A stretch of DNA of 63,699 nucleotides, counting the filler, from Octopus bimaculoides (lineage: Eukaryota): assembly GCF_001194135.2 (NCBI RefSeq). It is 5 parts of 5 records of this genome, joined end to end, with 100 filler letters (N's around TTAATTAATTAA, not from the genome) between each part and the next. Parts side by side here need not be neighbours in the genome. Positions count along the whole stretch, not along the records: positions 22,305 to 42,599 come from NC_068985.1; positions 42,700 to 55,114 come from NC_068994.1; 3 more parts are not named here. One strand, written 5' to 3'. The notes beneath the pieces are model-generated. The model had not been told where the DNA came from, did not search any database, and saw only the letters and a list, made by a program, of their open reading frames with translations. This document shows positions 37,126-49,151 of the stretch, piece by piece (the stretch's first letter is position 1; each line of letters opens with the position of its first letter). The translations under genes and the position numbers were made by a program.

Positions 37126-37303
37126 GCCAGCTCACCTCATTCCTTCACTCTATCATTAATACTTATTAACATAAACACACAGCCGCACAGTTTGGTGGGA
37201 GGCGGTGTTACTGATGGAATTGACAACGGTCACTGTTTAGTTAATATCTTTTAACCGAACGGGAGGAGAAATAATAAAGCCAGTCAAGTATTGTGGGGGT
37301 GGG

Positions 37304-37350
<47 letters not shown>

Positions 37351-37429
37351 ATAAATACATGAAATAAATTAAACATTAATTTTAAAATGCTCTATGTATA
37401 ATTTTACTTGGCCAAAATTACGCTGCGAA

Positions 37430-38330
37430 AACATGAAAACAGTGTGAGATTCTGTTTAGCATTTTGAATTTTTTCTGTCTCTTGAGAGCTAATTAATAAA
37501 CTAGAGGAGGCAATTAAAAATGGTATCGCAATCAACGTGCTAGCGGCAAGGTTGGTCCGCGACCATTTCTTCAATGCAAAACACGAAGACTGCGTCGTTA
37601 GGGCTAGAGTTCTTGCGCTAAAACAAGAAGGAACGAAAGCCGTCCGATGAGCTCGGGTGGTGGCGGCGTGACTTGGCACCAAAACCACAATTCAATCTTC
37701 GACAGACTCGGATGGGTGCGTATTACGCGGTTCTAAGCAAATGAGCGCGGACTTCCAGTAGCACTTTGCCCAACGCTTCAGAGAGCTCTGCCAGTTCGAG
37801 ATAGACTCTACAGGCATGGAAGCGTTGACCGACTGGATTGTCCAAGATGCGAAATCGTTCTGCGCGCCCTCGTACAGTGTCCGAATATTGCTGACCCGTT
37901 GAGTTTTATGGAACAGCTGTTATCGCGTGTAGGACGATTCCGACTATCGGCTGAATCAATCAAGCGGATCGCCCCCACCACTCACCTTTAACAAGGCAGG
38001 GCAGCTGGGTTTCCTCTGCTAAGAGGCTATGGTAAAAGGGGCTGTGTGATAGAAGAAGCTGATAGGATTGAGAGAAAGATGCCTTCCTCTTCGGTCAAAC
38101 TCTCATCGCCTTTATTAAAGTTCCACTTGGCAAGGAAAGCAAGGATGGAGAGGGAAGTGCTACCTCCCAGGGAATTTATGAAAAGACAGGTGACTGTGGC
38201 AAAAATGGTTAGAATGAATGGCTCTACTTTAAATATGTACCTGCAGATTGGAGAACACGAGAGAGGTTTCGTACCTTTGGTGGTCAGGGTAATCCTGGAT
38301 CTGTGGTGTTTGAGAACCCACATCTGAACG
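37430..38330 (+). mobile_element. L1/Tx1-like LINE remnant with the RT domain deleted
   Basis: EN-RT linker EDCVVRARVLALKQEGTKAV..IQS.TDSDG..DFQ.HFAQ joined to ALPVRDRLYRHG..CPRC..ALVQC (zinc knuckle) and the C-terminus shared with 424-596. Confidence 0.8.
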
Positions 38331-38399
38331 ACTATTAATAAGTCTTTTCAAACATTTAAGCATTAAGTTCTTTATTTAATTTCAATATTTGCTGTCGTT

Positions 38400-38612
38400 A
38401 AGACGGTGAGCTAGCAGAATCGTTAGCACGCCGGACCAAATGCTTAGCGGAATTTCATCCGTCTTTACGTTCTGTGTTTAAATTCCGCCTTGGTCGACTT
38501 TGCCTTTCATCCTTTCGGGGTTGATAAAATAAGTACCAGTTGAGGTCTAGGGGTGGAAGGGTAGATTTACCCACTTCCCCGAAATTTCTGGCCTTGTTCC
38601 AAATTTTAAAAC
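38400..38612 (+). mobile_element. Family A SINE
   Basis: Head, core and tail all present. Confidence 0.85.
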
Positions 38613-39358
38613 CAATATTTGATGCCAGGCCATTTAAACAAAATAGACGCTTACAGTTCACACCATAGCTTTGATTCCTATTTAAGATCAATTCGCTTCA
38701 CTCTGGCCGCTGATTCTTTCATGAAATGTTACACAATTTTATTCTTCTTTCTAACAAATTTCTGACCTTTACACTATGTAAGACATTTACTTTAGAAATG
38801 ACTAGAATTGAACTAAAAAGCTCTAATTGGTGGGTTTAAATGCTCTGATTCCATTCATTCAATTATTCAATAGCTCATTTAACTGCAACTGCGTTCGCAC
38901 CATTCTTTAGCTAAGATTATATCCGTATGAAACCTTGAGGCATGTTGTTTAATAATGACAATGCCTTAATTAAAATATAATCAACATAGCTTACAGCTCG
39001 ATGTTCTGTGATTACCGAACACTGTCAAGAGCCCGGAAGATGAAAAATGAACATTCGAATTACTGTTTGGTTCTTCAAGAACATTATACCCGCAAGGTAG
39101 ACGTCGGCAGGAACCTCTCCGTTTTCCTAATTACAGCATATAAAACAACTTTCGCTGCCAGCTAGTATTAAATGAAACAACAAAAACGTTTTAGTGAAAA
39201 ACTTAATTAAAGTAAAATGAAAAATGCATTAAACTGTTTTCGTAAATAGTCTACGAAAATACTTATTATAATATTATATTTTTCCGGTATGTTCCCCACA
39301 ATATTCCTTCATTTACAAATCAGTTAACTCCCTAACTGATATCGACATACATACATAT

Positions 39359-39425
<67 letters not shown>

Positions 39426-39772
39426 CACATACATGTACACACATATATATATATATATATNNNNNNNNNNNNNNNNNNNNNNNNNNNNNNNNNNNNNNNN
39501 NNNNNNNNNNNNNNNNNNNNNNNNNNNNNNNNNNNNNNNNNNNNNNNNNNNNNNNNNNNNNNNNNNNNNNNNNNNNNNNNNNNNNNNNNNNNNNNNNNNN
39601 NNNNNNNNNNNNNNNNNNNNNNNNNNNNNNNNNNNNNNNNNNNNNNNNNNNNNNNNNNNNNNNNNNNNNNNNNNNNNNNNNNNNNNNNNNNNNNNNNNNN
39701 NNNNNNNNNNNNNNNNNNNNNNNNNNNNNNNNNNNNNNNNNNNNNNNNNNNNNNNNNNNNNNNNNNNNNNNN

Positions 39773-39816
<44 letters not shown>

Positions 39817-40000
39817 CATAGACAGACAGAAAGCGAGAGAGGGAGAAAGAGAAAGGGAGACGGAGAGAGAGAGGGGGAGAGAGAGTAATGCTTGCCGTTG
39901 CAGTGTTTGTATGCTCATTCCATTAGCATTTCTATAAATAATTAATACGAGTAAGTCGTATCTCCCGTTTAAAAACCGTGTCGTATTTTTTAAAACGTGT

Positions 40001-40300
40001 GAAGGCGTGTGGCCTACTGGTTAAGCGCGTTGCACTCACGAACGTGAAATTGTGGTTTCGATTCGCAGACCAGCTGCGCGTTGTGTTCTAGGGCAAAACA
40101 CTTCATTTTATGTTGCTATTCTCTCCATTCAACCATAAATAAGTGACCCTGCGACAGACTAGCCTTCCGATCAGGAAAAATGTTGGCCTGCTCACCTAAC
40201 TAGCGGGGTGGCACCATTCAAAAACTAAAACGATGCAAAGCGCTTTGTGACTAGCGATGTATAGCAACATCCGATAGTTTGGTCAATCACGTGATCAAGT
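40001..40300 (+). mobile_element. Family C SINE
   Basis: Similar to 24193-24440. Confidence 0.75.
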
Positions 40301-41154
40301 GATTGTCTAAAACATAGAAGGCATACATAAAACAAAATCATTTATGTTAAAGAAAGGCGATTTGAACTTCACAATATCTCAAATATCTTTCCTTGTTTTT
40401 TTTTAAATCGGAACCTTCACCTTCCACGTAAAATAATCATTATTTGAGAATATAGCGACAAATGCAGACGTCTAATCTTAAGTGATAGACATAGCTAATC
40501 GACAACGCGGTTTCGGTTCTAAAATGGTGACACTTCCGTTTTCATTTTATCTCACTGGACAACAGAAGCTTCTCATGCTAGTCTGCGTATCCACTAAACA
40601 CATGTGAAAGAAATTTCATTTGAAAATTGATANNNNNNNNNNNNNNNNNNNNNNNNNNNNNNNNNNNNNNNNNNNNNNNNNNNNNNNNNNNNNNNNNNNN
40701 NNNNNNNNNNNNNNNNNNNNNNNNNNNNNNNNNNNNNNNNNNNNNNNNNNNNNNNNNNNNNNNNNNNNNNNNNNNNNNNNNNNNNNNNNNNNNNNNNNNN
40801 NNNNNNNNNNNNNNNNNNNNNNNNNNNNNNNNNNNNNNNNNNNNNNNNNNNNNNNNNNNNNNNNNNNNNNNNNNNNNNNNNNNNNNNNNNNNNNNNNNNN
40901 NNNNNNNNNNNNNNNNNNNNNNNNNNNNNNNNNNNNNNNNNNNNNNNNNNNNNNNNNNNNNNNNNNNNNNNNNNNNNNNNNNNNNNNNNNNNNNNNNNNN
41001 NNNNNNNNNNNNNNNNNNNNNNNNNNNNNNNNNNNNNNNNNNNNNNNNNNNNNNNNNNNNNNNNNNNNNNNNNNNNNNNNNNNNNNNNNNNNNNNNNNNN
41101 NNNNNNNNNNNNNNNNNNNNNNNNNNNNNNNNNNNATATATATATATATATATA

Positions 41155-41325
41155 TATACGACGGGCTTCTTTCAGTTTTCGTCTACCAAAACCAGTCACA
41201 AAAGTTTTTAGTCGGCCCGAGGCTACAGTGGGAGGCATTTGCCCAAGGTGCCACACAGTGGGACTGAACCCAGAACCATGTAGTTGGGAAGCAAGCTTCT
41301 TACCACACAGACATGTTCGCGCCTA
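41155..41325 (-). mobile_element. Family B SINE head
   Basis: acgacgggcttctttcagtt..accacacag. Confidence 0.8.
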
Positions 41326-41639
41326 TATATTAGTTATGATAAAGTCATCGTTAAAATATTTCATTTCAAGAACAAAACAGGAAAATTTAGCTTCGAGGTA
41401 GATGTTAATAGAATCTAATGAATGTAAATTTGAAATCTTAATTCATTATGATTAGAATTACGCATGGAGTAATGAGGTGGAAATCTTATAGCGGAGACTA
41501 ATGCTAAATTTATCTGATTTTTGGTTAGCACAGTGGCAATGACAGATATGTTTCGCTTTTATTAGACCTCCTCAACATCGCATAGTGATTGCCGGAGGTA
41601 TCACTAAATATTAAGGAACAGAATATAGATATTCAAAAA

Positions 41640-41810
41640 GCTGTACAAACACATGGTTCCGGGTTCAGTTCCATTGTGTTGAACTTTGGGCAAGTCTTCT
41701 ACTACAGCCTCGGGCCGACCAAAGCTTGTGAGTTGAAGCCTGTCAGATATATTTTGTTGCATTTGGGGATGATCATGCTGCCAGTTTAGCCAATGAAAAC
41801 ACACGCACTA
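41640..41810 (+). mobile_element. Family B SINE head
   Basis: acacatggttccgggttcagttcc..ctcgggccgaccaaagc. Confidence 0.75.
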
Positions 41811-41939
41811 TATAACTGGTGCTCACTTGCTTCAGCTTTATTTTATATATACAACTAGCAACTAAACCCAGTTTCATCCGACCTGTTTGGATGATGTGGC
41901 TGTGATCGTTTTCGGTTAGGCATAATCTATAACAGCGTT

Positions 41940-42599
41940 TCTCAAGGAAGTAACTAATCTTCGGAAATTTCCAGGAAAACCTCCGATCTTTTTAGGAAAT
42001 TCCATACTCAGAACTTTCCAGGAAGTAGCTTATCCTTGGAACTTTATAGGAAAATACCTGAATTTCCAGGAAGTCCCATCCTCGGAACTTTCCTAAAAGT
42101 AGCTCATCATTGGGATTTTCCAGGAAGTTCTATCGTCGGAACTTTCCAGGAAGTAGCTAATCTTCTGAACTTTCCAGGAAAACCTCGGAACTTTCTAGGA
42201 AATTTCATCAACGGAACTTTCCAAGAAGCAGCCTAACCTTGGAATATTCTAGGAAAACCGGAGATTTCCAGGAACTTCCATCCTATGAACATTCCAGGAA
42301 GTAGCTAATCTTCGAAACTTTCCACGAAAACCTCGGAAATTTCCAGGAAGTCCGATCCGCGGAAGTTTGCAGGAAGTAGCTCATCCACGGAAATTTCCAG
42401 GAAGTTCTAACCTCGGAACTTTCCAGGAAGTAGCTTACCTTCAGAACTTTCCAGTACACCCTCGAAACTTTGCAGGAAGTCTCATCCTCGGAATTTTCCA
42501 GGAAATAGTGTATCCTGGGAACTTTCCAGAAAACCTCGGGACTTTCCAGGAAGTCCGATCCGCGGAACTTTCCAGGAATTCATCGGAACTCTCCAGGAA
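41940..42599. repeat. Degenerate minisatellite built on GGAACTTTCCAGGAAGT
   Basis: About 14 exact TTCCAGGAA (counted by eye) at 15-45 bp spacing. The array runs into a gap. Confidence 0.9.
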
Positions 42600-42796
42600 N
42601 NNNNNNNNNNNNNNNNNNNNNNNNNNNNNNNNNNNNNNNNNNNTTAATTAATTAANNNNNNNNNNNNNNNNNNNNNNNNNNNNNNNNNNNNNNNNNNNNT
42701 ATATATATATATATATGTTGAAATATAGATACATATATGCATACATATATACATATATACACACACACACATATAAGAAGATATATATATGTATAA

Positions 42797-42848
<52 letters not shown>

Positions 42849-43394
42849 TTATATAAATACACATACACAGACACACATATGTATATATTATTGCACCTGA
42901 TGATGTATTTTACCTTCTATTTTATTTGTTCTCGTTGAAACAATCGATGTGAAATTAATTCTGGCGCAAAATAGTCACATTTTTACGCTCACGCCATTAC
43001 CTTTATTTTGTAGGTAACCGCAATTAATTATCCACTTCAATTTAACAGTTTCAGATTTGATGCTATATCCGATTTTACTGCTATTTCTGATGGCTAAGGC
43101 GGTTCATATGAGAATCTCGACGTACTATTTTGTAGGATATTGAAAATGCGTAAACATGTTTCCTATTAAATATGATAATCCTATAACGCTAGATTTGTTA
43201 TTTAATCTTCAGAAGCACTACTATTAATGCGTTTCGTTCCTCAGACACTCATTCTCCGAAGTTAGACAATTAGAGGCAGCAGATTGGACGTTGAAGTCTT
43301 GGCACAGCTCAATGGACATTTAGACTGTTTGAGCTACAGCATGTTTTGGCAGCGGAGTCACACAGACATACGTGTGCACACACAGGAGTATGTT

Positions 43395-44450
43395 GTTTGA
43401 TCAAAGTATGATCCATGTTCATTTATGATGTTTACCCAACGTTTCTCTATGTCATATGAATATAAAAAACAAAATTCATCTTTTGCTGTGATAAACTATC
43501 CGAACTGTCTTCTTTATTTAAGAATGTTTTATTGCTTATGAAAACTCAAAATGCTTAAATAAGTGATGGACAGTAGGAGAGATATCAGGGGAATTAAGGA
43601 GGATGTTGAGAAATTTCATACTTCAGGCTTTTCAACTTTTGGACGGTAGCTTAAGGAGTGTGAGCACGTGCATTGTCGTTGTGCAAAATTAGGCCATCTC
43701 TATTCACTAATCTGGGTTGCTTCTTTTTCAAAATCTAGTGCATACAATCAATTGCTTAGCAATGCGATGTTTCTGTTACCGTTTTTCCTTGTCGCAAAAA
43801 TTATTAATCAGTAACTCCCTCCGCAGACCACCATACAGTGACCACTAACTTTTTAGGGTGCAATATTGGGTTTGTGTATTGTTTAGGTGACTCTTTTGCA
43901 TCTAATCACTGTCCTGTTCTCTTGCTGTTGTCAAAGAGTATCCATTTCTCATCTCAAGTAATGATTTGATGCAAGAATAGTTTTTTTTATTTGCAGTGGA
44001 GAAAGCAATAAGGAGCACACTTGAAGGCGTCTGTTTCTTTTTTTATCTCGTTCAGTTATTATGGATAATCCGTTTTCTTGAATTATTCAAATTTTTACAG
44101 GTGTCCAAAAACAGTTGTGCGAGATGTTCAGAGTTCTGATGAAAGTGTTTGAACCTTTGTTCTCGAATTTTGTTCAACCAAAGCATTTAATCCATCATGC
44201 CGAATAACTGATTTTAGCCTACCCCTTGGTTTATTTTCAAGCCTATCATCTCCTGAACGGAAGATTTGGAACCATCTGTGAACAGTTTTGATGTCAACAA
44301 AACCATTACCAAAGGCCCGCTTGATATTCTGTAGAGCTTCTGTGGCAGAATGACCCAGTTTGTACTCATACGAGAAAAATCACTCAACATAGTTTGGTTG
44401 ATATTTTCATTAGGTCTGTGGCAACGAATTTTGTATACCAATATTGTTGG
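43395..44450 (-). pseudogene. Decayed mariner (Mos1/SETMAR-like) transposase
   Basis: YEYKLGHSATEA..TVHRWF..FRSGD, DEKWILFDN, KKLVVTVWWS, LILHNDNARAHT, HPP..PDISPT. Many stops. Confidence 0.88.
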
Positions 44451-44728
44451 GAAAGAAAAAGATTCATGATTAAATGCAAGGTATATATAATTGAGATTTT
44501 AAATGACTGAAATCACAAGTAATTAAAAATGTGACATTTCATGTGAAACAACCTAATTCATAACATTATTGCATTTCTACAAACGCTAGACTAAATCAAT
44601 GGCAGAACCAGGATTACAATCTAGTGGACATTCACATGGTGACATGTAAAAGAGCAGAAAACGTTACCTTGCGTAGGTATCTGAACGTGCTGTTCTAAGA
44701 GAATCATATTATTATTATTATTATTATT

Positions 44729-45235
44729 CAGCAGTCTTATTTTTACCACGTGCTTTCACTGCACTACCTATCGCAGTCCTGCGTTCCTTGGGTATGTGCT
44801 GTGGTTTGTTGTGATGCTCTTATTTTTTCTGCATTGAAAGTGTTTTACGTAGGATCTGTGCGCGTGCCTAGTAGTTCTATTTTCTGTATGTTATACATAC
44901 CTGTTAGTCCTTGTCTTTTTTTGCTATGTATTTGTCTGAATATTTTTTATCATACTTAATACGCCTACAATGGTAGGAACTGTTTCTGCTTTTAGACTCC
45001 ATATTCGAGTTACCACTATTTCCAGATCTTTGTAATTTGAAAGTTTCTCCATTTCTTTTAGAGAAACTGTGTCATCTGTTGGTATTGATACATCGATTAG
45101 AAGGCATTTTCTTCTTGATGATCTCTGGCAACTATATACGGCCAATTGGCCTTAATTTCTATATCTGTGTGTATTGGCATATCTCAAAGTATGCTTGCTT
45201 TCTCATTTCTGTGACCTTTTTTCATAGAGTTGGCA

Positions 45236-45236
<1 letters not shown>
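44729..45236 (-). mobile_element. R4/Dong-like LINE 3' fragment
   Basis: KCLLIDVSIPTD..EKLSNYKDLEIVVTRIWSLKAETVPTIVG. 3'UTR similar to 4618-4780. (ATT)n on both flanks. Confidence 0.9.
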
Positions 45237-45290
<54 letters not shown>

Positions 45291-46221
45291 ATGGTATCAT
45301 TTATTTGCCACAAGAGCAAAGGATGAGGGGACAATACAGAGACAGACATAAAGTGTGGGGGTTTACGTATAATAATGAAATGATAAAAAAAAGTAAGTAT
45401 ACACGGTAGACACTGAAAAAGAAGAGACATATGCATAGCATACAAAATAATAAAAAAAAGCGTATCAATTTCTATGATAACAATATATCAGTAATTGGTG
45501 TGGTGATAACAGTGATATCAATACTAAATATGAGGGTAAAAGAAATATTAGCATGAATATCATCTCTCTCCCTCTCTCCCTCTCTCTCTCTCTCTCACTN
45601 NNNNNNNNNNNNNNNNNNNNNNNNNNNNNNNNNNNNNNNNNNNNNNNNNNNNNNNNNNNNNNNNNNNNNNNNNNNNNNNNNNNNNNNNNNNNNNNNNNNN
45701 NNNNNNNNNNNNNNNNNNNNNNNNNNNNNNNNNNNNNNNNNNNNNNNNNNNNNNNNNNNNNNNNNNNNNNNNNNNNNNNNNNNNNNNNNNNNNNNNNNNN
45801 NNNNNNNNNNNNNNNNNNNNNNNNNNNNNNNNNNNNNNNNNNNNNNNNNNNNNNNNNNNNNNNNNNNNNNNNNNNNNNNNNNNNNNNNNNNNNNNNNNNN
45901 NNNNNNNNNNNNNNNNNNNNNNNNNNNNNNNNNNNNNNNNNNNNNNNNNNNNNNNNNNNNNNNNNNNNNNNNNNNNNNNNNNNNNNNNNNNNNNNNNNNN
46001 NNNNNNNNNNNNNNNNNNNNNNNNNNNNNNNNNNNNNNNNNNNNNNNNNNNNNNNNNNNNNNNNNNNNNNNNNNNNNNNNNNNNNNNNNNNNNNNNNNNN
46101 NNNNNNNNNNNNNNNNNNNNNNNNNNNNNNNNNNNNNNNNNNNNNNNNNNNNNNNNNNNNNNNNNNNNNNNNNNNNNNNNNNAATATAACATAGAGGAAA
46201 ATACTGTTATTATTATTATTA

Positions 46222-46306
46222 GTTTATCCCAGTATATGTCATGGCTTTTCTTGCCATCGTTTTATCATGGTCCGTTGCTGTTCTAGTCTTAGTTTGGATT
46301 TCATTT
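46222..46306 (-). mobile_element. Small internal R4/Dong fragment
   Basis: Near-identical to about 5428-5490; beside an ATT tract. Confidence 0.7.
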
Positions 46307-46307
46307 C

Positions 46308-46620
46308 CCACCCATATGGTTCCGGGTTCAATCTCACTGCGTGGCACCTTGGGCAAGTGTCTTCTACTGTATCCACGAGCCGACCAAAGCCCTGTATATG
46401 CATATAGTAGACGGAAACTGAAAGAAGCCCATTATTTTATGAGTGTGTGTGTGTGTGTGTGTGTGTATTTGTCTTTGTATCTATGTTTGTCCCCCACCAT
46501 GTCACAACCGGCGTTGGTGTATATACGTCCCAGTAGCTTAGTGGGTCAGCAAAAGAGAATAAGTTCTAGGCTTTTACAAAGTTTGACTAAAATCCTTTAA
46601 GACGGTGCCCCAGTATGGCA
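46308..46620 (+). mobile_element. Family B SINE
   Basis: Head, internal (GT)n and tail. Confidence 0.8.
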
Positions 46621-46919
46621 GCAGTCAAATGATTGAAAGAAGTAAGAGATAAAAGATAAAAGAACAATTGAAACTCCAACTCCTTTTTTTGTTTTTGTCT
46701 TACATTTCTTCCTGTTTTATTGAGGATTTTAAACTATCATTTTAAATCTTAGATTTTGTTTATAAATGAAAATACCTCACTCTCCAGGGTTACTGCTTCA
46801 TGATATTCGCAGCATCTTATTCAGCATTCTTTTGTTGATAAGATTTTCTTAAGCTTATGCTTTGCTTCAAAGAATGCTCTTTTATTGATAACATACATTT
46901 TGCGATTTATATTAAAATT

Positions 46920-47600
46920 GTTATTTATATATATTTATATTATATCTTTGCATTATCTATATCAATTTTATATTATTTGTTTTAATTATTTGTATCATAC
47001 TTTTTAATTGCTATATTTTTTAAATTTTATTTTTGATTATTATATTATATTTGTAATCATTATATTTTTAATTAAAATATATTTTTAATTATTTATATTA
47101 CATTTCAATTATTTGTATCGTATTTTACAATTGTTTATACTACTTTTTTTATTATTCAAATTGTACATTTGAATTATATATGTTATACTTTTAATTATAG
47201 GCATTATATATTTATTTATTTATATTAAAATTATAATGTTTAACTATTTATATTATACATTTTAATTATGTGTACTTTAATTGTTGACTATTAATATTAA
47301 ATTTAATTGCTTACATTTTGATACACTTTTAATTACGTATATTCAATTATTTTAATTATTTATATCCTACTCATTTATTACTTATATCATAATTCAAATT
47401 ATTTATATTATAATTCTTAATTATATATATATATCATAAATAAATTTTAATAATTTATATTATCCTTTTTAATTATTTAACTTCGCTTTTCTTTCTTATC
47501 TTGCACCTGAACTCGCCAAATAACAATCAACGCTCCCGCTTATAAGTCTTTATCAATTTTATATAATATACTTTCTTTATATAATTTATAATTTTATGTT
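46920..47600. other. Extremely AT-rich low-complexity tract
   Basis: Almost devoid of G/C by eye. Confidence 0.85.
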
Positions 47601-48071
47601 TAAAAAAATAGGCTGTACTTCCATAAGCATCACGGGCCACTTTCACTCCATAATATCAACTCTACTGAATACCTTAGATACAGTTAGGCTGCTGATATGT
47701 TTGTAGATTATTTACATGAGCGGAAATTCTTGTAGGGACATGTTACATGTATTTATCCTTTAGTTCCTCTGTTTGTCCGCGTATAACATGGGCAAATGCT
47801 TACATTGATCCATGTTAATGGATTTTCTTATACCCTCTGTTTTTTTTTCTGTTGTATTTCTGAAAACATCCTGAGTATTCGCTGTTGTTCATCTATCGCA
47901 GTATGCACTTTATATTGTTTTGCCATTAAATGTAGATTAAAAGCATATTTTGATTGCATATTACATGTTCTGCTATTATTACTGTTACTGCTACTATCAT
48001 TATTAATATAGCTATTGCTATTGTTGTTATAATAATGATAATAATAATTATTATTATTATTGTTATCATTA

Positions 48072-48905
48072 TTTAGGCGGCGAACTGACAGAATCGTTAG
48101 CAGACCGGGCGAAATGTTTAGTGATATTTCGACTTTACCTTTTATCATTTCGGGGTCGATAAATTAAGTACCAGTTAATTTATCGACCCCGAAATGATAA
48201 AAGGTAATCTACTTAACCTATTTGTCTGTCCCCTCTATGTTTAGCCCTTTGTGGGCAATAAAGAAATAAGAATCGTTAGCACGCAGGGGAAAATGCTTAG
48301 TGGTATTTCCCCCGTGCTTACGTTCTGGGTTCAAATTCTGCCGAGGTCAATTACTGGCATCGATGAGATCGACTATCCCCTTACTCACAAATTTTTCGCA
48401 TTGTGCCTCTAGTAGAAAAGATTATTAAGGAAGCGATTAATAATTATTTCTACTCTAGGCACAAGACATTGAAATTTTTTTGAGTTAGGGCACTAGTCAA
48501 TTACATCGACTCCAATGCATAACTGGTACTTATTTCATCGACCCCGAACGGATGAAAGCCGAAATCGACCTCGGCGGAATTTGAACTCAGAACGTCGAGG
48601 CATACAAATTTCCGCTAAGCATTTTGTCTGGTGTGTTAACAATTCTGCCAGCTAGCCGCCTTAAGGAGGTGATTAATAATGATAATCGGTGTTGATAAAA
48701 ATAGGTACCAGTAACACACTGAGGTCTTTATAATCGCCTTCTCCTTTCCTTAATGTTGCTGGCCTTCTTCCGAAACTTGAAAACCTTATTATTATTACTC
48801 TGCAGTGAGCTTGTAGTGTCGTTAGCGCGTGGAACAAAATGCTTAGCAGAATTTCTTAAGCCTATTTACATCCGAGTTCAGACGCCACTGAGGTCGACTT
48901 TGCTC
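48072..48905. mobile_element. Family A SINE cluster in mixed orientation
   Basis: The minus copy at 48445-48660 has an approximately 20-bp TSD TTAAGGA(A/G)G(C/T)GATTAATAAT. Plus copies lie on both sides. Confidence 0.8.
48135..48207. repeat. Perfect 33-bp-arm hairpin
   Basis: TTACCTTTTATCATTTCGGGGTCGATAAATTAA-gtaccag-exact reverse complement. Confidence 0.92.
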
Positions 48906-49115
48906 TCATAATGACAACTATATGCAAGAATTACGTGTATGTATGTATGTATGCATGTATGTATATATGTATGTATGTATGCATGTATGTATGTATATGT
49001 GTGTGTATGTATATATGTACATATATAAGCATATATATATATATTTATATAATGGTGTGTGTGGATTTATAAGTATATATGTTGTATGTAAGCATATATA
49101 TGTAATAGTGCGTGC

Positions 49116-49151
<36 letters not shown>

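Noticed and set aside
38046-38327. Well-composed 93-aa ORF that looks like a host exon
   Set aside because: It is the Tx1/L1 C-terminus, homologous to 424-596, with the stop mutated to CAG.
41940-42599. CRISPR-like or coding repeat interpretation of the minisatellite
   Set aside because: Repeats are degenerate with irregular related spacers, there are no cas genes, the context is eukaryotic, and the short ORFs are interrupted.
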